Shown here in pieces: positions 48,037 through 58,318 of a stretch of DNA of 64,000 bases. The stretch lies in the NCBI GenBank assembly GCA_049968235.1, contig JBMFRC010000006.1:1-64000 (forward strand), given 5' to 3'. The notes beneath the pieces are model-generated. The model was not told the DNA's origin. It did not search any database and saw only the letters and a list, made by a program, of their open reading frames with translations. Position 1 is the first letter of the stretch; each line of letters starts with the position of its first letter. Source of the DNA: Candidatus Hydrogenedens sp. Its GTDB lineage: Bacteria > Hydrogenedentota > Hydrogenedentia > Hydrogenedentales > Hydrogenedentaceae. A program made the position numbers and the translations under genes.

Positions 48037-50130
48037 TTATCTATTTTTCAAAAGAACAGATAGTATGGATTTATTCAATATATGATAGCCCTTTTGTTCT
48101 AATTCTTGAATGAGCAACACATCCTTATCTCCTATTCCAGAGATATTTCCTCCGTTCCACAAGTTTTTATACATATCCTTAAAAATATAATTATTTCTAA
48201 AAATACCCTCTATTATTTTTCGGGATTCATCTTGTTTGTGTTTAGAAAATAAAATTAATCCTTTTAATAATATTACATGATAGAATTCCGGAGATTTATT
48301 TATAAGATAATCACATATTTTCTCTGCAACATCTATATCTCCATTCTGTATCATCGAATTTATAATTAAAATATAATTATATGAATAAAAAGGTTGCCAA
48401 ATAGCGAAGTATCTTTGAAGTATTTCTTTTCTTCGTTGCTTTTCTATCTCATCGTTAACTTTCATTTGAAACTCTTCTATAAGGTTATCATAATCTATTT
48501 CGCCAAAGGGGCAATTTTGAATCTTTTCTTTATTAATATTTTTGTAAGAGTCCTTCTCTATTCTTAAAACATAGAGGTTAAACTTTCCCGGGAAGTGTTT
48601 TATATTCACATTAAAACCATGAGGAGATAAATTCTTTACTAATATAAATGTTGGATCTTTCTTATAAATCCATGTAATTAATGTTGTTTCCATTAATACC
48701 CATATTGAGTTACTAATCTTTTCTTCCTCCAGTGAAAGTGTGTCAACTACTGTATCAGCAATAGCCTGCAAAGAAAATACAGGATTTAATGAGTAGTCAA
48801 CTCTTTTTTTGTATACCTTCCATGTGTCAAAAACATTGGCTCCTAATTGTAGGTCAAGAACGATATCTCCTTTTTTCACATTCTCTTCCATATATGCTAC
48901 TGCCCTTTTATAATCGGGTCTTAAATTAAAATTTATAAAACCTAAACATTGAAAGGTAAATAAAAAAATAATCATTACTAAAAAAGTGGCTTTAATTAGA
49001 TGTTTATCCCATATAAAAATAGAATACGCAATAATAAGGTATAGAAACGCAAAAGCATGATAGAAATATAAAGGTAGAAAAAATGATTTCCCTGTAATAA
49101 CTCTCAAAGTAAAAAAAGGAAGTATAGAAAAGACAAAAGAATAAAGTAGCAAATACTTTTTTATTTCTCCACACTCTTTTCGCAAATTTGGTATATTTTT
49201 TACCAAATATAAACAGAACACAATAAAAAGAAAAATAGTCGATATAAATAATAAATAGTCAATAAATACCCATTTGTTTAATAAATTATCCCATATTGTG
49301 TTTCTAACTATTTCGACTGTATTTGTTTTCCAATACGGTAATAATTCATTAGAAAGACCAACACAATCAATTCCGAATAAACTTGTCACAATAAATTTTA
49401 TATTTAATGATTCCATTTCAGTAAGAGAAAGATTATATGCAGGTGGTTTTATCCAGAATATCCACAAAATGTAAGGAATTAAAACGGCAATATTTGCTAT
49501 TCCACATAAGATAGTGTCCCTAACTTTATTCTGTCTTGTAAACCATATCAACAAAAAAAACTGTATAAATGGAACTGCAAAATATACAGCATGGAACCAG
49601 GGAAGCAATAAATTAGATAGTGTTCCTATAAAAAACCATTTCTTACTTTTGCCACTACTAATGTAATTTAGAAAGGCAAACCATGATAGTAAAGAAAGGA
49701 ATAGTATAAAAGCATATCCTTTCAGTTCCTGGTGAATATAAATGTTAAATGGTGATAATACCATCAATAACCCTGCAAGAAAGCCAACCTTCCAGTCTTT
49801 TACCCATTTCCCAAGAAAATAAAGAAGTACTATAGACAGAACTCCAAAGCAGATAGGTAAAAGCCTCCATAGCCAGATATTATCCGGAAAAATATGTATC
49901 CAAAAATAATATAGAACTAACCCTCCCGGTGAAATCCCATATTCAGGGACATTTATAAACAGTAATTTAATATTTGTCCACAAATCACATATTTTGATAT
50001 TTGCTATATATACATATTCTTCATGCCATATAGACTGTTCTGTAATACGGTATAATCGCAAAGCAAAAGCAATAAGAATTAGAATAATTAGGAGAAATAT
50101 ATCTCTGTATTTGGAAATGTAATCATTCAA
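48037..50130 (-). CDS. GT-C fold membrane glycosyltransferase (family 39/83-like, ArnT/PMT-type) with C-terminal TPR-like domain, paralogue 1
   Basis: 697 aa. It carries RLYRITEQSIWHEEY and is roughly 40-50% identical to the downstream paralogue throughout. The two genes are 4 bp apart. Confidence 0.65.
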   Translation of the reverse strand: MNDYISKYRDIFLLIILILIAFALRLYRITEQSIWHEEYVYIANIKICDLWTNIKLLFINVPEYGISPGGLVLYYFWIHIFPDNIWLWRLLPICFGVLSIVLLYFLGKWVKDWKVGFLAGLLMVLSPFNIYIHQELKGYAFILFLSLLSWFAFLNYISSGKSKKWFFIGTLSNLLLPWFHAVYFAVPFIQFFLLIWFTRQNKVRDTILCGIANIAVLIPYILWIFWIKPPAYNLSLTEMESLNIKFIVTSLFGIDCVGLSNELLPYWKTNTVEIVRNTIWDNLLNKWVFIDYLLFISTIFLFIVFCLYLVKNIPNLRKECGEIKKYLLLYSFVFSILPFFTLRVITGKSFFLPLYFYHAFAFLYLIIAYSIFIWDKHLIKATFLVMIIFLFTFQCLGFINFNLRPDYKRAVAYMEENVKKGDIVLDLQLGANVFDTWKVYKKRVDYSLNPVFSLQAIADTVVDTLSLEEEKISNSIWVLMETTLITWIYKKDPTFILVKNLSPHGFNVNIKHFPGKFNLYVLRIEKDSYKNINKEKIQNCPFGEIDYDNLIEEFQMKVNDEIEKQRRKEILQRYFAIWQPFYSYNYILIINSMIQNGDIDVAEKICDYLINKSPEFYHVILLKGLILFSKHKQDESRKIIEGIFRNNYIFKDMYKNLWNGGNISGIGDKDVLLIQELEQKGYHILNKSILSVLLKNR

Positions 50131-50188
50131 TTCAAAAGGACTCCTTTGTAAAAATTTATAGCATATATTGTCAAATTAAATGTATATT

Positions 50189-51463
50189 TTAACCAATTTG
50201 AGCGAGGATTTTTGCCAATCTTCTTTCTGATTGTATGGCTGAACGGACAGTATGATAGTTAATTTTCCACGCATGAGCCATGTAATCCCATAACAGATTA
50301 TTATTTTCATCAAATAAGGGGAACCATTCCCCAACTGCATGATTAATCACATAATCCATAACAAAACGATGTACATTTTCATATGCATCAAAGTATTTTT
50401 CATCACCAAATAATAAATAAGCATCTAACATAGCCACAAGTGTTTCTGCCTGTTGCCAAAATTCTTTATTCCTTTCCCGTGCAGGGCCATCATTAGGTCC
50501 TTCACAATATACACCCCCTTTTTCCCAATCAATTCCGTATTTTAAACAATGGTCAAACATCTTCTTCATTTTTTCTTTATAAGGTTCTACATCTTCTCCA
50601 ATAATATTCAATGTATGATTTAACAACCAACAAAATTCTACATTATGACCGAAACTGGTATTATTTAATGGCCTCCCTTCCGGGTCATCTGCATCACGGT
50701 CAGAACCCCAAACATTTTTAAATATGATAGCCCGTAAAGGTTTCCAGTCAAAACTGAATTGTGCCATCCCTGTTCCATATTCCGGATGAACCATTTTATC
50801 GTAAATTAGTTTAATTACATTTAAGGTGTCCTGCTTATGTTTAAATGCACCTGTTGCTTCATACAAATTTGTAAAGGCTTCCATCAAATGCATGTGGACA
50901 TCAAATGACTTTCTATCACCACCATACACCCCTGGCTTTTTAGGCGTCCAATCTTTCTCAAAAAATTCGCCAAATCCTCCATGTGCAATATCTACAGCCT
51001 GAGCCTTAATTGTTCTCCATGTTTCTTCAGCAAGTTCAAGGGCTTCTTCATCACCTGATGCCATCGCATACTCACTCAAGCAATAAATACCAAAGGATTG
51101 ACCATACATAATTTTACTTGGGTCAACCGGTGTTCCATCTTTTTCCGTTATCCATATCCAGCCTCTATATTGATTATCCCAAAAATGTTTCTTTAAGAAT
51201 TCTACGCCTTGTTCTGCTATTTTCAGGTATTTCCCATCTCCTAAATTGGCTCGATGTGCAGATGAATAAGTATAAATCATCCGTGCCTGACAAATAAGTG
51301 TTTTTTTTGTCTCGCCTGTTGGTCGCCCTTCACGGTCAAGGTATGTTAAAAAGCCACCATATTCTTCATCAACACCATGCGTTTCCCAGAATGGAAGTAG
51401 TTCATTAAATAAGTGGTTTTGCATTTCTTTCAAAAGTTTTTCCACGCGTTCTTTTGTAACCAT
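50189..51463 (-). CDS. AGE-family (N-acylglucosamine 2-epimerase / cellobiose-2-epimerase / sugar isomerase-like) (alpha/alpha)6-barrel enzyme
   Basis: 424 aa with an N-terminus (LPFWETHGVDEEYGGF...QARMIYTYSSAH) typical of the AGE superfamily. It is the first gene of the minus-strand cluster. Confidence 0.7.
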   Translation of the reverse strand: MVTKERVEKLLKEMQNHLFNELLPFWETHGVDEEYGGFLTYLDREGRPTGETKKTLICQARMIYTYSSAHRANLGDGKYLKIAEQGVEFLKKHFWDNQYRGWIWITEKDGTPVDPSKIMYGQSFGIYCLSEYAMASGDEEALELAEETWRTIKAQAVDIAHGGFGEFFEKDWTPKKPGVYGGDRKSFDVHMHLMEAFTNLYEATGAFKHKQDTLNVIKLIYDKMVHPEYGTGMAQFSFDWKPLRAIIFKNVWGSDRDADDPEGRPLNNTSFGHNVEFCWLLNHTLNIIGEDVEPYKEKMKKMFDHCLKYGIDWEKGGVYCEGPNDGPARERNKEFWQQAETLVAMLDAYLLFGDEKYFDAYENVHRFVMDYVINHAVGEWFPLFDENNNLLWDYMAHAWKINYHTVRSAIQSERRLAKILAQIG

Positions 51464-51667
51464 AGATATATATCCTTCTTTTTATTATTGTTATTTTCAC
51501 TCCTTAAACTTTATTATATTATGAATGTTTAATATAAATCACTTTATTAAAAAGTCTGACGAATTAAACTCATTCTAAAAAATGTATATGAATACCATTT
51601 TCACTTGCAATATTTAACTAAAAATTGATATACTATGTTTCCAATTTAATAGTTTATTACTTACGGT

Positions 51668-51744
51668 GTTCCCGTAGCTCAATTGGATAGAGCGCTTGGC
51701 TACGGACCAAGAGGCTGGGGGTTCAACTCCCTCCGGGAACGCCA
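51668..51744 (+). tRNA. tRNA-Arg (anticodon ACG)
   Basis: Cloverleaf folded by hand. Acceptor GTTCCCG/CGGGAAC. D-arm GCTC-AATTGGATA-GAGC. Anticodon stem CTTGG/CCAAG with loop CTACGGA. T-arm GGGGG-TTCAACT-CCCTC. Discriminator G and an encoded CCA. Confidence 0.88.
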
Positions 51745-51775
51745 TTTTTCTTTTTAAACAACTTTTGGTAAATTC

Positions 51776-51804
51776 TTGACAATAGTATTAAAATAGTATA
51801 TAAT
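51776..51804 (+). promoter_or_regulatory. Consensus sigma70-type promoter upstream of clpX
   Basis: TTGACA, a 17-nt spacer, then TATAAT. Both hexamers match consensus perfectly, about 75 nt upstream of the clpX ATG. Confidence 0.55.
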
Positions 51805-51879
51805 TGTTAAACACACAATATAATGTAAACCAAAATACTAAATATGGTATTATATAAGTAATACTTATTGGAGTAGTTT

Positions 51880-53160
51880 ATGAACCATCAAAGAATTAAA
51901 TCAGAAATCCCTACATGTTCTTTTTGTGGTAAGAAACATAATGAAGTGTCTAAACTCATTGCTGGTCCTGATGTTAATATATGTGATGAATGTGTTCGAC
52001 TTTGTGCTGATATAATTCGTGATGACCAAAATCGTAAAAAGCATCGTCGAACAATTAAAATTCCTACACCTCGAGAAATAAAAGAATTTTTAGACCAATA
52101 TGTTATAGGGCAGGAACAATCAAAACGAATTCTCTCTGTAGCCGTCCATAATCATTATAAAAGAATAGCCTATGGTGGTGAGATTCAGGGTATAGAAATT
52201 CAGAAATCAAATGTATTACTTATTGGACCTTCGGGAAGTGGAAAGACATTACTTGCAGAGACATTAGCACGAATGTTAGATGTCCCCTTTGCTATAGTGG
52301 ATGCAACAACATTAACAGAAGCAGGTTATGTGGGTGATGATGTGGAAAATATAATACTCAAACTTTTACAAAATGCGGAATTTGACATTGCTCGTGCTGA
52401 AACTGGGATTGTTTATATTGATGAGATAGATAAAATAGCTCGCAAGAGTGATAGCCCATCAATAACCCGTGATGTATCAGGTGAAGGGGTTCAACAGGCA
52501 CTTCTAAAAATTTTGGAGGGAACCATGTCCAATGTTCCACCTCAAGGGGGCAGAAAACATCCCCAACAAGAATGTATACAGGTAGATACTCGAAATATTT
52601 TATTTATTTGTGGTGGAGCCTTTAATGGTTTAGAAAGAATTATTCAAAAACGCGTGGGTAAGAATATTATCGGTTTCAAAGCAGACATCAAATCGAAAAA
52701 TGAATACAGCATCGGTGAATTGCTTGCTATGGTCAAGCCAGAAGATTTGATTTCTTTTGGTATGATTCCTGAATTTGTGGGTAGAATTCCCATTGTTGCA
52801 ACTCTTCACGAACTTAATATTAGCGATTTAAAGAAAATCCTGGTAGAACCCCGAAATGCTATAACTAAACAATATGAAAAATTATTTGAACTCGAAAATG
52901 TAAAACTTCGCTTTCCGGAGGAAACCATTGAGGCAATTGCTGAGTATGCAATAAAGAAAGAAACAGGAGCTAGAGGATTAAGAAGCATTTTAGAAGAAAT
53001 TATGTTAGATGTGATGTTTGAATTACCCTCACGAAAAGATATACGTGAATGTATCATTACACCCGGCGTTATCACAAAATCTGAGGAACCACTCTTTGTA
53101 TATGAACAAGATAACCGCACTAAAACAGAATCTAAAAATCGTAATTCAGCTACAGCATAA
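51880..53160 (+). CDS. clpX: ATP-dependent Clp protease ATP-binding subunit ClpX
   Basis: N-terminal C4 zinc finger (CSFCGK...CDEC), Walker A GPSGSGKT and Walker [10 protein letters not shown]. Confidence 0.95.
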   Translation: MNHQRIKSEIPTCSFCGKKHNEVSKLIAGPDVNICDECVRLCADIIRDDQNRKKHRRTIKIPTPREIKEFLDQYVIGQEQSKRILSVAVHNHYKRIAYGGEIQGIEIQKSNVLLIGPSGSGKTLLAETLARMLDVPFAIVDATTLTEAGYVGDDVENIILKLLQNAEFDIARAETGIVYIDEIDKIARKSDSPSITRDVSGEGVQQALLKILEGTMSNVPPQGGRKHPQQECIQVDTRNILFICGGAFNGLERIIQKRVGKNIIGFKADIKSKNEYSIGELLAMVKPEDLISFGMIPEFVGRIPIVATLHELNISDLKKILVEPRNAITKQYEKLFELENVKLRFPEETIEAIAEYAIKKETGARGLRSILEEIMLDVMFELPSRKDIRECIITPGVITKSEEPLFVYEQDNRTKTESKNRNSATA

Positions 53161-53269
53161 ATAACTATCGCATTTTCCTGTATAATACTTTCTCTTCAAT
53201 AATATCTATTTTATCTTTTATGTTATTCTATTTAATTAAATCTTAAAATTATTTAATCTGGTTTAATTT

Positions 53270-55654
53270 ATGGGAAAAAAAAACAAAGTAACAAAAAACT
53301 CTGCGGAAAACCTACTCCCACATCAGGAACTTCCCGTACTTCCATTAACGGACATTGTATTATTTCCTAAAAATACAGTTCCTATTTTAGTATCAAAAGA
53401 TACATCCATCCATGCTATTCAAGAATCGATGCAAACATCAGAAAAGATTTTTTTAGCCTATCAGACATATTCCAAATTTGAAACTAAGGAGCCATCTTAT
53501 TTAGAAATTGGAACCATTGCACAAATTCAACAAGCCCTTATTTTGCCCGATAATACAATTAAAATTGTTATCGATACACAATCCCGTGCAAAAATTATAA
53601 ATTGGATTCAAGAAAAACCTTTCATGAAAGCGGAAGTGCAACCTTTTTCATTAGAATCTATCCATCCTTCTAATAAACGAAATAAAAAATCCTTTAATAC
53701 TTTTAAATCTGTATTGATAAAAGAATTTGAGATTTATGCAACAGAAAATACAAAAATACCTTCAGAAACACTTAAATTAATCCAACAATGTTCCAATTTT
53801 GAAGAAATTATAGATATTATTTGCACATATCTTAACATTCCTGTTTATGATAAGCAGGACTTAATAAAACTTACTCTATTAAAGGATATTTTTTCTACAT
53901 TAATATACATACTTCGGCGTGAAAATTCTAATTACACAAAAGAAAAAAAAGTAATTTCACATATAAAATATTGTTTTGGTGATGATACCAAATCATGGAT
54001 TTTGGATGACTCGGAGGATTCCCCCTTAGATGTGCAAAGTATTTCCGATTATTCATCTGACATAGATGAATTGAAACAACTTATAAAAAAATCCCATTTA
54101 CCTCCTCATGTTCTTGAAAAAGCTAATGCAGAAATAAAACACATGGAAAAAGTTCAGTCTTACAGTCCAGAATATTCAACTATCATGGAATATATTGAAT
54201 GGCTTTGCAATCTTCCATGGAATAAAAGAACAAAAGATAGAATGGACCTGAATCGTGCTAAAAAAATTCTGGACCGAGACCATTACGGTCTGGATAAAGT
54301 CAAAGAACGAATATTGGATTTTCTTGCCATTCGTATCCTTAGTAATAATTTAACCAAAGGCCCTGTCTTATGTCTTGTCGGCCCTCCAGGAGTTGGAAAA
54401 ACTTCATTAGGAAAATCTATCGCTTTGGCCTTAAACCGTAAATTCATTCGTATGTCGTTAGGCGGAATTCGTGATGAAGCAGAAATTCGTGGACATATTC
54501 GCACCTATGTAGCATCCATGCCCGGGAAAATTATTCAAAACATTAAAACAGTTAAAGTGAAAAATCCGGTTTTTGTCCTTGATGAAGTCGATAAAATAGG
54601 AACTGATTTTCGTGGAGATCCCGCATCTGCTTTATTAGAGGTATTAGACCCTGAACAAAATAAATATTTTACCGACCACTATTTAAATGTAGAATTTGAT
54701 TTATCCGAAGTCTTCTTCATAGCCACTGCAAACAACGAATATAATATTCCACATCCATTATTTGACCGTATGGAAGTTATACGAATACCCGGTTATACTC
54801 CAACAGAAAAATATGAAATTGCTCGAAAACATTTGATACCGAGACAAATAAAACTAAGTGGGCTTAAGAAGAATAATATCTCATTTAAATCCGAATCCAT
54901 CAAATATCTGATTACAAAATATACTGAAGAAGCAGGTGTTCGTGAATTAGAAAGACAAATTTCAGGTGTGGTTCGAAAAGTTGCTCGATGGATAGTTACA
55001 AAAGAAAAAAAATATCCAATCATAATTACAAAAAATGAAGTAGAAAATATTTTAGGTTCACCTATCTATTCGCATATTCAGATGACAAAAAACCTTTCAC
55101 CGGGAATGGCTGTGGGAATGGCATGGACCCCCTATGGAGGCACAATCCAAATAATTGAAACAAGTATCATGGAAGGAAAAGGAAAACTTCTCTGCACAGG
55201 ACAATTGGGTTCTGTTATGACAGAGTCGGCTCAGACTGCATTAACATTTATCCGCTCTAATTCATCAATGCTGAATATATCTGCAAACTTTTACAAAGAT
55301 ATGGATATACATATCCACGCCCCGGAGGCTTCTATACCTAAAGATGGGCCTTCCGCTGGTATCACCATTGCAGTTTCTTTATTATCTGCATTACTAAAAC
55401 GACCCATACCCGAAGGAATTGCAATGACAGGTGAAATTACCCTGACGGGTAGAGTCCTACCCGTTGGGGGTATTCGTGAAAAACTTCTTTGTGCTTATAT
55501 GGCAGGCATAAAAAACATCATCCTTCCTAAAGATAATGAAAAAGAATTAAAAGAAATCTCAGAAGAAATAAAAGAACATTTACATTTTCATTTTGTTGAA
55601 AATATAACACAAGTTTTCGATATTGTTTTTCCCGATATAGAGAAAAAGAAATAA
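53270..55654 (+). CDS. lon: ATP-dependent Lon protease
   Basis: N-terminal LON domain, AAA+ motifs (GPPGVGKTS; VFVLDEVDK) and a protease domain with the catalytic-Ser context DGPSAG. Confidence 0.95.
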   Translation: MGKKNKVTKNSAENLLPHQELPVLPLTDIVLFPKNTVPILVSKDTSIHAIQESMQTSEKIFLAYQTYSKFETKEPSYLEIGTIAQIQQALILPDNTIKIVIDTQSRAKIINWIQEKPFMKAEVQPFSLESIHPSNKRNKKSFNTFKSVLIKEFEIYATENTKIPSETLKLIQQCSNFEEIIDIICTYLNIPVYDKQDLIKLTLLKDIFSTLIYILRRENSNYTKEKKVISHIKYCFGDDTKSWILDDSEDSPLDVQSISDYSSDIDELKQLIKKSHLPPHVLEKANAEIKHMEKVQSYSPEYSTIMEYIEWLCNLPWNKRTKDRMDLNRAKKILDRDHYGLDKVKERILDFLAIRILSNNLTKGPVLCLVGPPGVGKTSLGKSIALALNRKFIRMSLGGIRDEAEIRGHIRTYVASMPGKIIQNIKTVKVKNPVFVLDEVDKIGTDFRGDPASALLEVLDPEQNKYFTDHYLNVEFDLSEVFFIATANNEYNIPHPLFDRMEVIRIPGYTPTEKYEIARKHLIPRQIKLSGLKKNNISFKSESIKYLITKYTEEAGVRELERQISGVVRKVARWIVTKEKKYPIIITKNEVENILGSPIYSHIQMTKNLSPGMAVGMAWTPYGGTIQIIETSIMEGKGKLLCTGQLGSVMTESAQTALTFIRSNSSMLNISANFYKDMDIHIHAPEASIPKDGPSAGITIAVSLLSALLKRPIPEGIAMTGEITLTGRVLPVGGIREKLLCAYMAGIKNIILPKDNEKELKEISEEIKEHLHFHFVENITQVFDIVFPDIEKKK

Positions 55655-55708
55655 ATTCCTTATTTACCCTTATATCGTTACCTTTTTTATGGATATAAAG
55701 TAAAAAAT

Positions 55709-55717
55709 TGGTATAAT
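55709..55717 (+). promoter_or_regulatory. Possible extended -10 promoter element (TGgTATAAT) upstream of leuS
   Basis: TGGTATAAT lies about 55 nt upstream of the leuS start. No good -35 element is present. Confidence 0.3.
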
Positions 55718-55772
55718 TTATTACTCTTTTAATTTTCCGAATCAAACAAATCCATAAGGAGGTCTTTTTTAT

Positions 55773-58301
55773 ATGTCAAACGGACTGTATAATCACAATG
55801 AAATTGAGAAAAAATGGCAAAAATATTGGATAGATAATAAAACATTTAAATCTGTTATAGACACATCTAAACCCAAATATTATGTTTTAGATATGTTTCC
55901 TTATCCCAGTGGTGATGGTCTACATGTAGGACATCCTGAAGGCTATACCGCTACAGATATAGTAGCACGATATAAAAGAATGAAAGGATTTAATGTGTTG
56001 CATCCTATGGGTTGGGATGCATTCGGCTTACCTGCAGAAAGACATGCAGTCCGCACAGGTGAACATCCCGCAGTTGTAACGAAAAAAAACTGTGATACAT
56101 TCCGAAGACAAATTCAAGCACTTGGGCTTTCCTATGATTGGGACCGTGAAATCAATACTACTGACCCTTCTTACTATAAATGGACACAATGGATATTTAC
56201 CGTGCTATTTGAACGGGGACTTGCCTATGAAACAGAAGCACCTGTCAACTGGTGTCCTGCTCTGGGAACGGTTTTAGCCAACGAAGAGGTCAAAGATGGT
56301 AAGTATGTTGAAACAGGGGACCCCGTAGAAAAAAGAATGATGCGTCAATGGATGTTAAAAATTACTGCTTACGCGGAAAGATTATTAGAAGACCTTAATG
56401 AGTTAGACTGGCCTCCGGGCATAATAGCCATGCAAAGAGAATGGATTGGTAAAAGTGAAGGGGCTGATGTAGATTTTGGAATTGATGGAACTGATATGAA
56501 ATTTACTGTATTTACCACACGCCCTGATACCCTTTTTGGTGCCACCTATTGCGTATTAGCCCCGGAACATCCTTTCGTATTACAAATAACAAAACCTGAG
56601 CATATGGATAATGTAAAACGATATATTGAACAAACCACAAGAAAAAGTACTCAGGAACGCATGAAGGATGAAAAGGAAAAAACAGGTGTTTTTACCGGAG
56701 CCTATGCTATTAATCCTGTAAATAACGCTAAAATACCTATCTGGATTGCTGATTATGTTTTAGCTGAATATGGCTATGGTGCAATCATGGCTGTACCTGC
56801 CCATGACACACGTGACTACGAATTTGCAAAAAAATATAACCTTCCTATTATAGAGGTAGTCTCCGGTGGAGATATTTCAAAGGAAGCCTATACAGGAGAT
56901 GGTACTCTGGTCAATTCGCCAATAATCAATGGACTTACAGTCCCTGAAGCAAAGAAAAAAATCACAAAATGGTTAGAAGAAAAAGGTTTGGGTAAAGCAA
57001 CGGTAAATTACAAACTTCGTGATTGGCTTTTCTCCCGACAGAGATATTGGGGCGAACCTTTCCCCATTATTCGCTTATCTGATGGCACTATTAAAGTGGT
57101 TCCCTTAAAAGATTTACCTGTCCTTTTGCCTGAATTGGATAACTATAAACCTACAGAAACTGGAGAACCTCCCCTTGCCCGGGCTAAAGACTGGGTTCAG
57201 ACGGTTGACCCCGAAACAGGTCAACCCGCAACACGAGAAACAAATACCATGCCTCAATGGGCAGGTTCTTGTTGGTATTTCTTGAGATTTGTTGACCCTC
57301 AAAATGATAAAGAAGCATGGTCAAAAGAAGCAGAACGATATTGGATGCCTGTTGACCTATACATCGGTGGGGCAGAACATGCGGTCTTACACCTTCTCTA
57401 TTCAAGGTTCTGGCATAAAGTCCTGTATGACGCAGGCTATGTTTCCACCAAAGAACCCTTCAAAAAACTGTTCAATCAAGGAATGATTCTTGCATATTCT
57501 TATCAGGATAAAAATGGAAAATACTATTATCCCCATCAGGTCGAGCAAAAAGAAGGACAATGGTTTATTAAAGGCACAGATATTCCTGTGGAAACGAAAA
57601 TCGAAAAAATGAGCAAATCCCGCTACAATGTGGTCAATCCTGATGAAGTTATCGAAAAATACGGGGCAGATGCCATGCGTATGTACGAAATGTTTATGGG
57701 ACCTCTGGATAGAGATAAGCCATGGACAGATGAAGGAATACAAGGTGTTTATAGATTTCTACGAAGAATCTGGTCTCTTTTTATTGACGAAAATGGCTCT
57801 CTTTCCACAAGATTTGTATATTCCGGTGGTAACCCCAGTTTAGAAAAGGAACTCCATAAAACGATTAAATCCGTTTCCGAAGATATTGAAAATTTACAGT
57901 TTAATACTGCTATCGCCAAAATGATGGAATTTGTGAACTTCGCAAATAAGGTAGAAAAAATTGATAAGCATATCGGTGAAAAATTCATACTGATTTTATC
58001 TCCATTTGCCCCCCATATCGCTGAAGAAATCTGGCAAAAGTTAGGACATAATCAAACATTAGCATACGAACCCTGGCCAGAATATGACAAAGACCTTATT
58101 AAAGAAGATGCCATAGAGATACCTATTCAGGTTAATGGGAAATTAAGAGGAAAAATTACAATATCTATCAATTCAAAAACCGAAGAAATTCTGGAACAAG
58201 CACGAAAAGAAGAAAAAATACTTCCTCACATTTCGGGAAAACAAATTGTTAAAGAGATATATGTTCCCGGAAAGTTAATAAACTTTGTTGTAAAAGGATA
58301 G
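55773..58301 (+). CDS. leuS: Leucine--tRNA ligase
   Basis: HIGH motif ([16 protein letters not shown]), KMSKS motif (KMSKSRYN), and editing (CP1) and anticodon-binding domains. Confidence 0.95.
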   Translation: MSNGLYNHNEIEKKWQKYWIDNKTFKSVIDTSKPKYYVLDMFPYPSGDGLHVGHPEGYTATDIVARYKRMKGFNVLHPMGWDAFGLPAERHAVRTGEHPAVVTKKNCDTFRRQIQALGLSYDWDREINTTDPSYYKWTQWIFTVLFERGLAYETEAPVNWCPALGTVLANEEVKDGKYVETGDPVEKRMMRQWMLKITAYAERLLEDLNELDWPPGIIAMQREWIGKSEGADVDFGIDGTDMKFTVFTTRPDTLFGATYCVLAPEHPFVLQITKPEHMDNVKRYIEQTTRKSTQERMKDEKEKTGVFTGAYAINPVNNAKIPIWIADYVLAEYGYGAIMAVPAHDTRDYEFAKKYNLPIIEVVSGGDISKEAYTGDGTLVNSPIINGLTVPEAKKKITKWLEEKGLGKATVNYKLRDWLFSRQRYWGEPFPIIRLSDGTIKVVPLKDLPVLLPELDNYKPTETGEPPLARAKDWVQTVDPETGQPATRETNTMPQWAGSCWYFLRFVDPQNDKEAWSKEAERYWMPVDLYIGGAEHAVLHLLYSRFWHKVLYDAGYVSTKEPFKKLFNQGMILAYSYQDKNGKYYYPHQVEQKEGQWFIKGTDIPVETKIEKMSKSRYNVVNPDEVIEKYGADAMRMYEMFMGPLDRDKPWTDEGIQGVYRFLRRIWSLFIDENGSLSTRFVYSGGNPSLEKELHKTIKSVSEDIENLQFNTAIAKMMEFVNFANKVEKIDKHIGEKFILILSPFAPHIAEEIWQKLGHNQTLAYEPWPEYDKDLIKEDAIEIPIQVNGKLRGKITISINSKTEEILEQARKEEKILPHISGKQIVKEIYVPGKLINFVVKG

Positions 58302-58318
58302 TTAAGGAAAATATCACT

